Notes: generated by a model from the sequence alone, not told the origin. Positions 10,220 through 21,110 are shown, counted from the first letter of the stretch. The stretch: DNA of 64,000 nucleotides from Alistipes sp. (GCA_017481145.1 JAFUPR010000034.1:7596-71595), one strand, 5' to 3'. Numbers and translations: made by a program.

Positions 10220-11815
10220 TTACCTCTTTAATCCAGGATTTAATGTTGCATCCTGGTAGGGGTAGGGACAGTACATCTTCGAGTCATCCCACGTGCCTGT
10301 TACCTCAATCTTCTCGTTGCGGAAGATGCCAGGAGCAACCTCTATCATGGGGTTCTCCTTGCGGTACTCGAAGTGCTCCTTCATGCGGTACATTCGAAAC
10401 ATGTCGCGCGAGCGTGAGGCGAAGCCACACCAATAGTAGCCCGCAATCTCCCATCCATGCTCGTTGTATGCCGCCTCGGCGAGCTCCTCGGGGCTCATCG
10501 TCGTGGTGTAGAGGTTTGTCGTTGTACCATCGGCGCGGTTACGTACACGGTTAAGCACATCTATAGCCTTCTGTGTAACCTTGCCGGCACGACCTGTGGC
10601 CTCGGCATACCAACAATACACCTCCGAAAGGCGTATCACCTGTCCCGTCTTTTGACCAAACTGTGGCCCTGGAGCAGGGTTGGTGTAGTCGAACTCGGCA
10701 ACGCCGCCAGCAGCCTCTGCTGTCTTCATAAATACGGGGGCTACAACCTCGCGCGAGGCGGGCTCGGTGTCGTACCACCAGTCGTGTAGTTCGCCATCCG
10801 AGAGCATAATCTTGGGGAAGTAGGTAGCCTCCTTACGCGGCCCCTCGGGGAACTCCTTCCAGAACTTTATCTCGCCATTCGTGTCACCCCAGCCCGACTG
10901 CTTCATGTCGAGGAGGAAGTCCGTGAGTGGCATCATCTGCGATGTGCGGTCGCGGTTATAGTAGATGCCGAGGATAATCTCGGGATTAGAGTGTGTGTAC
11001 GCCTGCGAGTAGACGTCGGCGTAGTTATCTAGGAGACGATAGTAGTATGTGCCATTTTCGGCAAGGTCGATGACCTCCTCGGCCTTATTGGCAGCTAAGG
11101 TGTAGTACTCCGCACCCTTATTCAGAGGCCAGCCCGCCATGCACATGTAGATGTATGCCATCGTAGCCTTCACAGCACCGCGGCTCACGGCCACGTTCAT
11201 GCCGTTAAGCCTCTGTGGTGTCTTGGTGTAGTTGTCGGGACACCCCTCCTCGGCGATACGTAGGTCACTGAGTATCATGGTGTATATATCCTCGATGCTC
11301 TTTAGTGGGGCGTTGTAGTCTATCTTCTCATCAACCATGACAGGTACCTCGCCCCATGTTGTTACGAGGTAGAAATAGGAGTAGGCGCGCCAGAAGTGAG
11401 CCTGAGCTATGGCCTCGGTAATCTCCTCCTTGCTAACGTCGGGAGTACGCGAGGCGTTGTTGATGATGAAGTTGGCGGCTTTGATAACCTTGTAACGCTG
11501 CTCCCAGAGGTTTATCATCCACGAGTTATTATCCGTGACGTTGTATTGGTCATGCTCTCTGAGTGGCTGCTTGTTACTCTGCGGGTGTGTCGATATGTCG
11601 TCACCCGAGAGGAAGTTGGTACCCACAAAATGGTTGGCATACTGCGAGGTGGCAACCACCGAGTAGAGGGCGTTGAGCGAGGCGGCGAGGTCGTCCTTGA
11701 CGGTGAAGAACTCATCGCTCGAGAGTTTGCCCTTGGGATCCTCGTTGAGGAAGTCGGCACACGAGAATAGCAGTGTGCTGCATATTAGCGTATATATCAG
11801 TGTTCTACATTTCAT
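10220..11815 (-). CDS. SusD/RagB family lipoprotein
   Basis: Lipobox LLFSC followed by DFL, AQAHFWRAYSYFYLV..WGEVP, IRLSEVY, LNRVRNRA, C-terminal LNPGL. Confidence 0.92.
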   Translation of the reverse strand: MKCRTLIYTLICSTLLFSCADFLNEDPKGKLSSDEFFTVKDDLAASLNALYSVVATSQYANHFVGTNFLSGDDISTHPQSNKQPLREHDQYNVTDNNSWMINLWEQRYKVIKAANFIINNASRTPDVSKEEITEAIAQAHFWRAYSYFYLVTTWGEVPVMVDEKIDYNAPLKSIEDIYTMILSDLRIAEEGCPDNYTKTPQRLNGMNVAVSRGAVKATMAYIYMCMAGWPLNKGAEYYTLAANKAEEVIDLAENGTYYYRLLDNYADVYSQAYTHSNPEIILGIYYNRDRTSQMMPLTDFLLDMKQSGWGDTNGEIKFWKEFPEGPRKEATYFPKIMLSDGELHDWWYDTEPASREVVAPVFMKTAEAAGGVAEFDYTNPAPGPQFGQKTGQVIRLSEVYCWYAEATGRAGKVTQKAIDVLNRVRNRADGTTTNLYTTTMSPEELAEAAYNEHGWEIAGYYWCGFASRSRDMFRMYRMKEHFEYRKENPMIEVAPGIFRNEKIEVTGTWDDSKMYCPYPYQDATLNPGLKR

Positions 11816-11827
11816 AGCATCAACTCT

Positions 11828-14785
11828 TTAGAAGGTTAGTTTTACGCCGAAGGTAAAGGTGCGAGGTACGGGGTAGGCGCCATAGTCTAAGCCGTCATAG
11901 CTCGAGTATACTTCGGGATCCATGCCCTTATACTTGCTTATTGTTAGGACATCCTGAGCACTTAACGACAGCTGTATGTCTACAACGCGCGTTAGGTGGC
12001 GAGGTATGGTGTACGATATTGTCACGTTCTTAAGCTTGAGGAACGAGGCATCCTCCAACCAGAACGTAGAGTTTGCATAGCTCTTATTGTCGCTGTTGGT
12101 GATGCTCGGATATAGAGCCGTGCTCTTATCCTCGACATAGTCCCACCCGCGGAAGTAGGAGTCGCGGAGGGTGATAAAACGCGATACGCCGCTCATTGAT
12201 GCCGTGGTGAAACGGCTGATATTCAGACGGTCGTAGTCGAAGGCGCCATTGAAGAATATGTTTACCGAGAGGTTGCGCCAGATGATGGTATTGTTCCATC
12301 CTACCATCCACTTTGGTGAGGCATTACCACGTATTACGAGGTCGGCAGAGGTGGGTGCTGTGGTGAGTGTGCCGTCGGCCTTGCGGTATACGTTGGCACC
12401 CTTCTCGTCGAACTTAACCCAGTCGTAGACGTAGAACGAGCCTACGGGATAGCCAGGCTTCATTATCTGCATGGGGCCTCCGAGGTCGCTATAGTTTGCC
12501 GTGAGCACAAAGTCATTACCTGCGAGGTCTACTACTTCGTTTTGGATGTACGTGACATTTGCCGATGTCTCCCACTTCACAGCGCGGTCGATAATGAAGG
12601 TGTTGACAGATAGCTCATAACCCTCATTCTTGAGCGCTCCCTGATTTACCCAATAATTACCACCGCCATTGTAGTGGGGCACCTGCTTCTGGAATAGTAG
12701 GTCGGATGTATCCTTGCGGAACCAGTCGAACGAAATGTTTATGCCTGCAAGCGAGAGGTCTAAGCCCACGTCTATCTGCGTGGTCTTCTCCCATGTCAGA
12801 TCGGGTGTGGCGAAGGTGTTGCCCCAGTATCCTGTATAGTCGGTCGTCGTACCCCAGCCATAGGATGTCTTTGAGAGCATGCCGAGGGTACTATATGCCG
12901 AGATGCCCTCGTTACCCGTGACACCATAGCTGGCGCGCAACTTCAGCTGGTCGACAACATCCTGCCCCTGCATGAAGCTCTCGGCGGCGATGTCCCATGC
13001 TACGGCTGCCGAGGGGAAGTAACCCCAGCGGTGCTCCTTCTGGAACTTCGACGAGCCGTCAGCACGGAAGGCTGCCGTTATGAAGTAACGCTTGGCGTAG
13101 TCGTAGTTTAGGCGTACGATGCCCGACATCAGCGATGACTCGTTGTAGCTGTTCGACTGGCTGCGCGTAGCGGCGTTGCTCACATCCCAGTAGCCTACAC
13201 TCTCGTTGCTTAGGCCTGTGCCACTTATGCTCATGGCGCTATTTACGGCGCTGTTAAGCTCCCATACGGCCGTTGCCGCAAGCGAATGACGACCAAACGT
13301 GCCGCTGTATGTTAGGTTGTTGGTGTTCTGCCAGTAACGGTGCAACGACGACGAGTTAGACATCGAGCTCTTTGCTCCAGGAGCTACCTTGCTCGACGAG
13401 AAGCTATACGATGGCGAGTGGTCGTAGTCGTAGCCCCCCTGTATGCCCAATGTGAGCCCTTTAGCTATGCGGAAGAGGAGCATCATGTTGGCGTTGAGGT
13501 TGTAGCTGTACGAGTCGCTATAGTTCTCCATCATCACACCATAGGGGTTGTTTCCCGTGCCTATGTTGTAGGGGTCGTTGTGGTATATGCCCGTCGTGGG
13601 ATCCTTCATCTCCATCGTCGGCGAGAAGTTGAGCACGTGGAACCAGTTGGGTGCGCCATTCTTCTGGTGTATGACGGCACCGTTGAGTTTCGTCGATATT
13701 GTCAGCCACGGCTTCACGTCGGCGTCGATGTTGGCGCGTAGGCCGTAACGCATGTACTTCGACTTTATGGTCACGGCCTGCTGGTCGAGGATGTTGCCCG
13801 ATACCATATAGCGTATCTTATCGCTACCACCCGTAGCACCGAGGTTGTAGTTCTGCGTGATACCCGTACGTGTTAGAAGGTCTACCCAGTCTATGCCCCT
13901 TTGCCCTGTGCGGTAGAGCTCAAGGTCGGCTGGAGATATTGTCTCCGAGCCCTTGATGTCGTTGAGCGCCAAGGCGTACTCGTAGGCGTTGAGCAGGTCG
14001 TAGTTCTTTCTAACCTCCGAGATGCCTATCTTAGTGTCGAAATATATGCGCGATGTACCCTTTTCGCCCGTACGTGTGGTTATGAGGATTACGCCATTAG
14101 CACCACGTGAACCATATACGGCTGTAGAGGAGGCATCCTTCAATATCTGCATCGAGGCTATATCCTGGGGGTTGACGCCATCAAGACCACTCGACGAGAT
14201 TATGCCGTCTATAACGTACAGTGGGTCACTACTCTTGTTAATAGACGTAGTACCACGCACACGCACCTTGGCACTCGCACCTGGCATACCACTCGAGGTT
14301 GTCACCTCGACACCTGCGGTGCGGCCTTGCAGTACGTCTGCTACATTTTTGACGGGTTGGTCGTAGAAGCTACGTTCGCCGATGACCGATACCGAGCCTG
14401 TGAGGTCACTCTTCTTAAGCTCGCCATAGCCTACGATGACAACATCGCTCACGCGCTGTGATGCCTGATATATTGTTGTGGTATAGTCCGTCTGGTCGGC
14501 TGTGACCTTGAATGTAGCGTCGTTGTAGCCGAGGAACATGACGATGATTGCTGAGTCCTCGGGTACGGTAAGCTTGTATTCGCCCATCGAGTTTGTTGCC
14601 ACGCCAATGGAGGGATGACCCTCGACGAGGATTGTGGCGCCAGGTATAGGCTCGCCCTCCTCGTCAATAATCGTTCCCGTTATCAACTTACTGGGTGTTT
14701 GTGCATATACGGGCGTTAGGCTCATGCAATAGACAGTCGCAAATAGCACTACTTGCATAGCCCTGATTACTATTGATCTAGTCAT
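11828..14785 (-). CDS. SusC/RagA family TonB-dependent transporter
   Basis: VVIVGYG, DLTGSV, PLYVIDG, ILKDASSTAVYGSRGANGVILITT, RADGSSKF, LTWEKT, terminal F. Start uncertain (14785 or 14797). Confidence 0.95.
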   Translation of the reverse strand: MTRSIVIRAMQVVLFATVYCMSLTPVYAQTPSKLITGTIIDEEGEPIPGATILVEGHPSIGVATNSMGEYKLTVPEDSAIIVMFLGYNDATFKVTADQTDYTTTIYQASQRVSDVVIVGYGELKKSDLTGSVSVIGERSFYDQPVKNVADVLQGRTAGVEVTTSSGMPGASAKVRVRGTTSINKSSDPLYVIDGIISSSGLDGVNPQDIASMQILKDASSTAVYGSRGANGVILITTRTGEKGTSRIYFDTKIGISEVRKNYDLLNAYEYALALNDIKGSETISPADLELYRTGQRGIDWVDLLTRTGITQNYNLGATGGSDKIRYMVSGNILDQQAVTIKSKYMRYGLRANIDADVKPWLTISTKLNGAVIHQKNGAPNWFHVLNFSPTMEMKDPTTGIYHNDPYNIGTGNNPYGVMMENYSDSYSYNLNANMMLLFRIAKGLTLGIQGGYDYDHSPSYSFSSSKVAPGAKSSMSNSSSLHRYWQNTNNLTYSGTFGRHSLAATAVWELNSAVNSAMSISGTGLSNESVGYWDVSNAATRSQSNSYNESSLMSGIVRLNYDYAKRYFITAAFRADGSSKFQKEHRWGYFPSAAVAWDIAAESFMQGQDVVDQLKLRASYGVTGNEGISAYSTLGMLSKTSYGWGTTTDYTGYWGNTFATPDLTWEKTTQIDVGLDLSLAGINISFDWFRKDTSDLLFQKQVPHYNGGGNYWVNQGALKNEGYELSVNTFIIDRAVKWETSANVTYIQNEVVDLAGNDFVLTANYSDLGGPMQIMKPGYPVGSFYVYDWVKFDEKGANVYRKADGTLTTAPTSADLVIRGNASPKWMVGWNNTIIWRNLSVNIFFNGAFDYDRLNISRFTTASMSGVSRFITLRDSYFRGWDYVEDKSTALYPSITNSDNKSYANSTFWLEDASFLKLKNVTISYTIPRHLTRVVDIQLSLSAQDVLTISKYKGMDPEVYSSYDGLDYGAYPVPRTFTFGVKLTF

Positions 14786-14894
14786 AAATAACAGCACTTT
14801 ACATATATTTTACGCCCCAAATATATGTAAATTATCCTAAATATAGTTATTCCTATGCTGTTATTTCGCCGTTTTACCGCTGAAAGGGAAATTT

Positions 14895-15956
14895 TTAGGG
14901 GTGAACAGAGATGATATTTTTGAGCTTTTCGCCCAATGTCGAATTTTCCATTATGCCATTTATGCGCTCTGCGCCCGTGCCGTAGAGGTATATTGGCACC
15001 ATCACACCCGAGTGTCCGTCTGTTGTCCAGCGATACTCTACGCCCTGCTCCGAGAGGTTGAAGTCGGCATTGTTGCTTACGATCGAGAGACCTCCTGTCT
15101 CATGGTCGGCAGTGACGACAACGAGAGTGCCAGGGTGTTCCTCGGCATACTCTACAGCCACCTCTATCGCCTCCATGAAGTCGTGCATCTCGCCCTGCTG
15201 TCCCTTGGCATCGTTGCCGTGGCCCATGCCATCTATAAGTGAGCCTTCGACCATGAGCACGAAGCCATCGTCGTCACCCTCAAGGTGGGCGAGAGCCTTG
15301 GCTGTGGCCTTGGCTAAGTAACCTTCGCGAGCCTCAATCTCCTTGTCGGCGAGGATGTAGAGCTGGCGCTCGGCATCATCCTCCGTGTCGAGGTCGGCGT
15401 GTAGCACAAAGCCACTATCGGCTATGGCTTTTATGGCCTCCTTGTGGTCGCCGTAGCACTCGTCGAAGAATGCCATGCCGCCACCTATGGCTATGTCGAT
15501 ATCGCTCTTAAGAAGCTGCTCTGCAATTGAGGTATATTCGTGGCGCGACCTCGCATGGGCATAGAATGCTGCGGGCGTGGCATGCTGAATATATGTGGTG
15601 ACGACAAGGCCTGTTGCCTTGCCCTCGTGCGATGCCATATCCATGAGCGACTCTAAGGCTGTGCCGTCGGGAGTCATGCCGAGCATCGTGTTGTTCGTCT
15701 TAGTGCCCGTGGCGAGGGCTGTGCCCGAGGCGGCAGAGTCGGTCACACGGTTATCGAGCGAGTAGGTCTTTTGTAGGGCTATGTTCTCGGCGCGGTCGAA
15801 GATGGTGGTCTCGTAGAGGTTCTCGAGCTGCATCATCGATACCGAGGCTAAGCCCATGCCGTCGCCTATGAGATATATTATGTTCTTGACCTCCTGAGCA
15901 CTGATGCTTGCTACTGAGGCTATGGTGGCTAAGAGGATAAGTAGAAGTCGTTTCAT
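14895..15956 (-). CDS. Alkaline phosphatase
   Basis: IGDGMG, TDSAASGTA (catalytic Ser), HATPA, VEGSLID..H, TADHETGG; signal peptide from ATG 15956. Confidence 0.92.
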   Translation of the reverse strand: MKRLLLILLATIASVASISAQEVKNIIYLIGDGMGLASVSMMQLENLYETTIFDRAENIALQKTYSLDNRVTDSAASGTALATGTKTNNTMLGMTPDGTALESLMDMASHEGKATGLVVTTYIQHATPAAFYAHARSRHEYTSIAEQLLKSDIDIAIGGGMAFFDECYGDHKEAIKAIADSGFVLHADLDTEDDAERQLYILADKEIEAREGYLAKATAKALAHLEGDDDGFVLMVEGSLIDGMGHGNDAKGQQGEMHDFMEAIEVAVEYAEEHPGTLVVVTADHETGGLSIVSNNADFNLSEQGVEYRWTTDGHSGVMVPIYLYGTGAERINGIMENSTLGEKLKNIISVHP

Positions 15957-16045
15957 AGTGTTGCTGTTTAATGTGTCTTGCAAAATTAACTAAAATATCG
16001 TATCTTCGCAAGAAAATAACCAAATAGATTTGATTTGACAACGTT

Positions 16046-16711
16046 ATGGCAGAGGTTCGTATTGCTGAGGATTGGAAAGAGATACTCCGTGAGGAGTTCA
16101 CAAAGCCCTATTTCGATGAGTTGGTAGGCTTCGTCAAGGGCGAGTATGCCTCGGGTACGGTCTACCCCGAGGGTCGTAATATCTTTAGGGCCTTCGATAA
16201 GTGTCCGTTGGATAACCTTAAGGTTGTCATCATCGGCCAGGACCCCTACCATGGCCCAGGACAGGCTAATGGACTATGTTTCTCGGTGGGTGCAGGTGTG
16301 CCCTTCCCGCCGTCGCTACGAAACATCTTGCAGGAGGTACATGACGATGTGGGTACCCCAGTGCCCTTGTCGGGAGAGCTCGACCGCTGGGCGGAGCAGG
16401 GCGTACTGCTGCTCAATGCAGTGCTTACGGTGCGTGCTCATGAGGCTGCCTCGCATGCTGGCCGTGGTTGGGAGCGCTTCACCGATGCCGTTGTTAAGGC
16501 TGTCGCGGAGCGTAAGGAGGGTGTTGTCTATATGTTGTGGGGTAGCTATGCGCAGAAGAAGGGCTCTATTGCCGACCCGCGCTGCAACCTTATACTACGT
16601 GCCGTACACCCCTCGCCCCTCTCGGCCTACCGTGGCTTCTTCGGCTGTAAGCACTTCTCGCAAGCCAACGACTACCTTAAATCTATAGGCAAGGAGCCTA
16701 TAGTCTGGTAA
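16046..16711 (+). CDS. ung: Uracil-DNA glycosylase
   Basis: GQDPYH, PPSL, LLLN, HPSPLS. Confidence 0.97.
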   Translation: MAEVRIAEDWKEILREEFTKPYFDELVGFVKGEYASGTVYPEGRNIFRAFDKCPLDNLKVVIIGQDPYHGPGQANGLCFSVGAGVPFPPSLRNILQEVHDDVGTPVPLSGELDRWAEQGVLLLNAVLTVRAHEAASHAGRGWERFTDAVVKAVAERKEGVVYMLWGSYAQKKGSIADPRCNLILRAVHPSPLSAYRGFFGCKHFSQANDYLKSIGKEPIVW

Positions 16712-16730
16712 TTCGCAGGACAATTAGTAA

Positions 16731-17471
16731 TTACCTCGGTCGGCGGAATTCAGCAAGGATTATGCCCGTGGCCATCGCTACATTTAGCGACTCCGACGTG
16801 GGACTATCGGCAGGGTAGGGCGGAATATATAGGCGCTCGGTGAGCTCCGCGCGGCACTCCGTCGTTAGGCCGCGACCCTCATTCCCCATTACGATAACGC
16901 CATGTTCCGTAAGCCTCTTAGTATAAATGTTCTCGCCATCTAAGAGTGTGCCATAGATGGGCATGCCCGCGCGCTGAGCATCGCGTAGAAACGCTGCGAG
17001 GTTGTCGGTGTAGTGTACCCTAACGCGCAGTATCGCTCCCATTGTGGCCTGCACAACCTTGGGGTTGAAGCAGTCGGCGCACTCCGTCGAGCAGATGATG
17101 TCCTCGATGCCAAACCAGTCGGCAAGGCGTATTATAGTGCCCAGATTACCTGGGTTCTGCACACCATCAAGGGCCAATACAAGGTTTTCTTTTATTGAGG
17201 AGAGTTGTAGCTTATAATTAGGCTTTGCCACGACGGCTAACGTATCCGATGCCGTCTTAAGCTCCGAGATGCGCTCCATATCCTTATGCTCGATGCGCTC
17301 CACATCCGCGCCCACAAGGTCGTGGCGTGTGGTGTATATGCGGCGTATCGGGAACTCCGAGGCGCGAATCTCCTCGACGAGCTTAAGCCCCTCGGCAATA
17401 AAGAGCCCCTCGTCGTCGCGCGTGCGCTTATCCTTAAGTGCGCGTATGAGTTGTATCTCAGCCTTTGTCAT
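16731..17471 (-). CDS. TrmH/SpoU family RNA methyltransferase
   Basis: NPGNLGTIIRLADWFG, GNEGRG, ESLNVA. Confidence 0.92.
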   Translation of the reverse strand: MTKAEIQLIRALKDKRTRDDEGLFIAEGLKLVEEIRASEFPIRRIYTTRHDLVGADVERIEHKDMERISELKTASDTLAVVAKPNYKLQLSSIKENLVLALDGVQNPGNLGTIIRLADWFGIEDIICSTECADCFNPKVVQATMGAILRVRVHYTDNLAAFLRDAQRAGMPIYGTLLDGENIYTKRLTEHGVIVMGNEGRGLTTECRAELTERLYIPPYPADSPTSESLNVAMATGIILAEFRRPR

Positions 17472-18391
17472 CGTTGCTCCTCAATAGTGAAAACCTCGCC
17501 CTCCGTGGCAAGGTGTGTGTTTGAAAATATCGTGCGACACTCCTCTACGAGGGCGTCGTGATTCTTATATCGTGACGAGAAGTGACCGATAATAAGTCGT
17601 CCCGCCTCGGCCTTCACGGCTGCACGTGCCGCCTCGGTTGTGGTCGAGTGTCCACGACCCTTGGCCCACTGCTCCTCGCTCATGGCGTATGTCGCCTCGT
17701 GGTATAGGAGGTCAACACCCTTAACGCGCTCTGCCGCCTTGGCCGAGTAGGCCGTGTCGGAGAGGTAGGCGTAGGAGCGTGCCTCGTAGGGACGATAGGT
17801 AATTTCAGCGTTCGGCACTATGCGCCCATCCTCTAAATAGATGTCCTCGCCACGCTTGGCCGCGACAATCTGGGCTATGGATAGACCATAGTGCTCGATC
17901 TTCCACTTGTCGACGTTTAGGCCTGGCTGCTTCTCGCGGAAGTGGTAGCCCGCCGTGGGCACACGGTGGCGTAGAGGTACTGACCACACCTCTAAGGTGC
18001 TATTCTCCATGATTATGCGGTGCTCCGTGGTGCGCACCTCATGCCACTTGACCTCGTATGGTAGCTCGCTGTCGAAGTAGCGTAGGTGGTAGTCTAATAT
18101 CTCGCCAAAGGGGGCTGGAGCGTAGACATCCAGGGGTGTGCGCTTGCCCATAAGGCCGAGAGTAGATATCAGCGGGAAGAGACCAAAGCAGTGGTCGCCA
18201 TGGAGGTGAGAGATGAAGACAGCCCTAAGGCGCAGCGGGTTGATGCCGCGCCTTATGAGCTGCTGTTGTACACCCTCGCCCGCATCGACAAGGTAGTATT
18301 GCTCGTTGAGGTTTACGACCTGTGCCGAGGGGTGGTGTGTGGGGGTGGGCTTAGCAGATGCGTTACCGAGTATCGTTACGCTGAAAGCCAT
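17468..18391 (-). CDS. rnz: Ribonuclease Z
   Basis: DAGEG, SHLHGDH, SDT, HEATY, GHS, GHFSSRY. Confidence 0.94.
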   Translation of the reverse strand: MAFSVTILGNASAKPTPTHHPSAQVVNLNEQYYLVDAGEGVQQQLIRRGINPLRLRAVFISHLHGDHCFGLFPLISTLGLMGKRTPLDVYAPAPFGEILDYHLRYFDSELPYEVKWHEVRTTEHRIIMENSTLEVWSVPLRHRVPTAGYHFREKQPGLNVDKWKIEHYGLSIAQIVAAKRGEDIYLEDGRIVPNAEITYRPYEARSYAYLSDTAYSAKAAERVKGVDLLYHEATYAMSEEQWAKGRGHSTTTEAARAAVKAEAGRLIIGHFSSRYKNHDALVEECRTIFSNTHLATEGEVFTIEEQR

Positions 18392-18400
18392 CGCCCGCCG

Positions 18401-19327
18401 TTACTGAGCAAGCAACCAACGCTCGCAGTCGAGGGCAGCGATACAGCCCGAGCCTGCAGCCGTGATAGCCTGACGGTAGTGGGGATCCTTGACGTCGCCA
18501 GCGGCAAATACACCTTCAACAGATGTCTTAGAGGTGCCAGGTACTACCTTGATGTAGCCCTGCTCGTCGAGCTCAAGCTGACCCTTGAATACCTCGACGT
18601 TGGGGTGGTGACCAATAGCGAGGAAGAAGCCCATGATGTCGATGGTGCGCTCCTCACCCGTCACGCTGTGCTTCAAAAGAGCACCTGTTACGCCCTCGTC
18701 ATCGCCTAAGACCTCCACGGTGTTGTGCTCAAACAATACCTCGATGTTGGGAGTGTTGAAGACACGCTCCTGCATAGCCTTAGATGCGCGGAGGTAGTTC
18801 TTGCGCACGATGAGGTACACCTTACGACAGATAGAGGCGAGATATGTGGCCTCCTCGCAAGCGGTGTCACCGCCACCTACAACGGCTACATCGCGCTTAC
18901 GGTAGAAGAAACCGTCGCATGTAGCGCAGGCGCTCACGCCCATGCCACGATACTTAGCCTCCGACTCCAAGCCGAGGTACTTAGCCGTAGCACCCGTGCA
19001 GACGATAACGGCCTCAGCCTCGATCTGGTGCTCATGGTCAACAGTGACCTTGAAGGGGCGCTCCGAGAAGTCGATGTCGGTGATGATGCCGCGACGCACG
19101 TCGGCACCAAAACGCAATGCCTGCTTCTTCAAATCCTCCATCATGAGCGTGCCTGTGATACCCTCGGGGTAGCCAGGGAAGTTCTCAATCTCGGTTGTCG
19201 TAGTGAGCTGGCCACCAGGCTCGATACCCTCATAGAGTACGGGCGAGAGGTTGGCGCGTGAGGTGTATATTGCAGCCGTGAAACCTGCGGGGCCGCTACC
19301 AATGATTAAAACTTTTACTTTCTCCAT
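18401..19327 (-). CDS. trxB: Thioredoxin reductase
   Basis: GSGPAG, GGQL, CATCDG, GGGDTA, AAGDV, RQAITAAGSG. Confidence 0.97.
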   Translation of the reverse strand: MEKVKVLIIGSGPAGFTAAIYTSRANLSPVLYEGIEPGGQLTTTTEIENFPGYPEGITGTLMMEDLKKQALRFGADVRRGIITDIDFSERPFKVTVDHEHQIEAEAVIVCTGATAKYLGLESEAKYRGMGVSACATCDGFFYRKRDVAVVGGGDTACEEATYLASICRKVYLIVRKNYLRASKAMQERVFNTPNIEVLFEHNTVEVLGDDEGVTGALLKHSVTGEERTIDIMGFFLAIGHHPNVEVFKGQLELDEQGYIKVVPGTSKTSVEGVFAAGDVKDPHYRQAITAAGSGCIAALDCERWLLAQ

Positions 19328-19376
19328 AGTCTTAGTTGGTTTTAGTTATTGTGTTAATTGTATCTTGTCTATGTCG

Positions 19377-21110
19377 TTATCGTGTATTAAGGAAGTCGGC
19401 CTCGTGCTCCTTCGTCTCGCGGAAGTCGTAGCCATAGCCCACCATCATGTCGAGGCCTGTGTCTCTCTGTCGGTCATCTTCCGTAATCTCGCGCATGCGA
19501 GCGAGGATGTTAGCCGCCGTGGACTTTATCTGGTCGAGCTCCTCGGCCGAGGCCTCATGTCCGAGGAGTGCCGAGAGTATGTTAAAGGCGTAGGCAGCAG
19601 CCATGTCGTTGTAGCGTGGTAGCAGGGCACGAAGGTGTGTGGTTATGTCGTCCAAGCTCATGCTGCCCTCGGCGATGAGCGACATGAGGTGTTCCACCAT
19701 GCTGAGGGGTAGATACTGACCTGCGAGGTCTATCCATTCGCTGCCGTCGGCCTCTTTGGTGTTATGGTCGCCAGCGTTAAGCATCGCCCCGATGGAGGCG
19801 GCAATGGCGCTGTTGTACATCTTTATGGCGCGTGAGAGCATCGAGGCGCGTATTGTCGTGCGGTTATAGCTGTAGCTCTTAGCCTCGGGGTCATTCTCGC
19901 GTAGGCGCGTGAGCGTATCCACGCCACGCAGCATCTTACCCGTGATGAAGGGATTAAACTCCTCGAAGCATATATTGTCGCGCTTGAGCGTGCGCTTATC
20001 GCGCGTTTTCCACTTCTCGATGTCGCGCACCGTACCGTAGCTCTTGAGTGCTAAGGCGGGCATGAGTATTGTGTGGCCATCCTCCTCGATAAGGTAGGAG
20101 TAGGGCATATCCTGCGTGTCGTGGTGGCGTGTGTGGCGGCCGAGCACGACAGTATAGGGACCCTCGATGGCGGGCGACATGACGTAGGCGCTACTGCCGA
20201 ACTTCGTGCCTCGTTGGTGCACGGCTTGGTGCACAGCGCCGCTCTTAAAGAGGTGGTTTGACTGGTTGGTACCACTTCCTGCGTTGAAGAACGAGAAGAT
20301 ACCTGCGATGAGCAACGACGACTTATGGTGTGAGACGGTAAAGGGTCCTGCAAAGACAGATGCCGCCTCGCCATTCTCCATGTGGCAGTTGGCAAAGAAG
20401 AGAGTATCTACGGCCGTGAAGCCATTGTCGATGATGCTCTTCTCGCCCACAAACGAGCGCTCGAGCATTGATGCTCCGTCAACATGCGCGTCGTTGTCGA
20501 TGATGAAGTCGCGAGCACGCACGTCGATGCCTACCATAGCACCGCGGCCCACCGTGCCATTCTCCAGTAGCGAGGCGCCCTCGATGGATGCCCCCGCCTC
20601 GATGTTCACCTCACGTACGAAACGGGCGCCCACGATGGTACATCCATCCTCCACGCGACCTATTGTCGAGCGGTGCTCCTCGGCACGTGACGAGGCCATA
20701 GTCTTCAGGCGCTCGACCATCGTGGGACGGTTGCGCATGACGGTCATAAGATAGGCCACCTGTGCCGTGAGCTCGCGGTATATCACCGAGCTGCGGCCAC
20801 CATTCTCGTTGGCAGCGGCGACAACCACGCCCTCGCCAAAGGTCGACGAGTGGCGACACTCCATGCGTAGCACGTCGTCTATGGTGCAGTTGTTGCCTAT
20901 GTGGTAGTTGGATATTGTCGAGTCGTAGATGCGCGTAGCCGAACCTATCGACACGCTACCCTCGAAGCGTACATTGCGTAGCTGCTCTACGCAGAAGTCG
21001 TGGGCTACCATTACACTCTCCCATTCCTCAGCATGGCAGCCACGGAGCTGTAGTGCTTGGCGCTCCTCGGTGCTTATATGTCTCTGTTCGTTACTCATCA
21101 TTATTGGCAT
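19377..21110 (-). CDS. DUF4954-family protein (left-handed beta-helix-like)
   Basis: NENGGR, ENGEA..FAGPFTVSHHKSSLLIAG.FSFFNAGSGTNQSNH, recognised as the Bacteroidetes DUF4954 signature. Confidence 0.78.
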   Translation of the reverse strand: MPIMMSNEQRHISTEERQALQLRGCHAEEWESVMVAHDFCVEQLRNVRFEGSVSIGSATRIYDSTISNYHIGNNCTIDDVLRMECRHSSTFGEGVVVAAANENGGRSSVIYRELTAQVAYLMTVMRNRPTMVERLKTMASSRAEEHRSTIGRVEDGCTIVGARFVREVNIEAGASIEGASLLENGTVGRGAMVGIDVRARDFIIDNDAHVDGASMLERSFVGEKSIIDNGFTAVDTLFFANCHMENGEAASVFAGPFTVSHHKSSLLIAGIFSFFNAGSGTNQSNHLFKSGAVHQAVHQRGTKFGSSAYVMSPAIEGPYTVVLGRHTRHHDTQDMPYSYLIEEDGHTILMPALALKSYGTVRDIEKWKTRDKRTLKRDNICFEEFNPFITGKMLRGVDTLTRLRENDPEAKSYSYNRTTIRASMLSRAIKMYNSAIAASIGAMLNAGDHNTKEADGSEWIDLAGQYLPLSMVEHLMSLIAEGSMSLDDITTHLRALLPRYNDMAAAYAFNILSALLGHEASAEELDQIKSTAANILARMREITEDDRQRDTGLDMMVGYGYDFRETKEHEADFLNTR

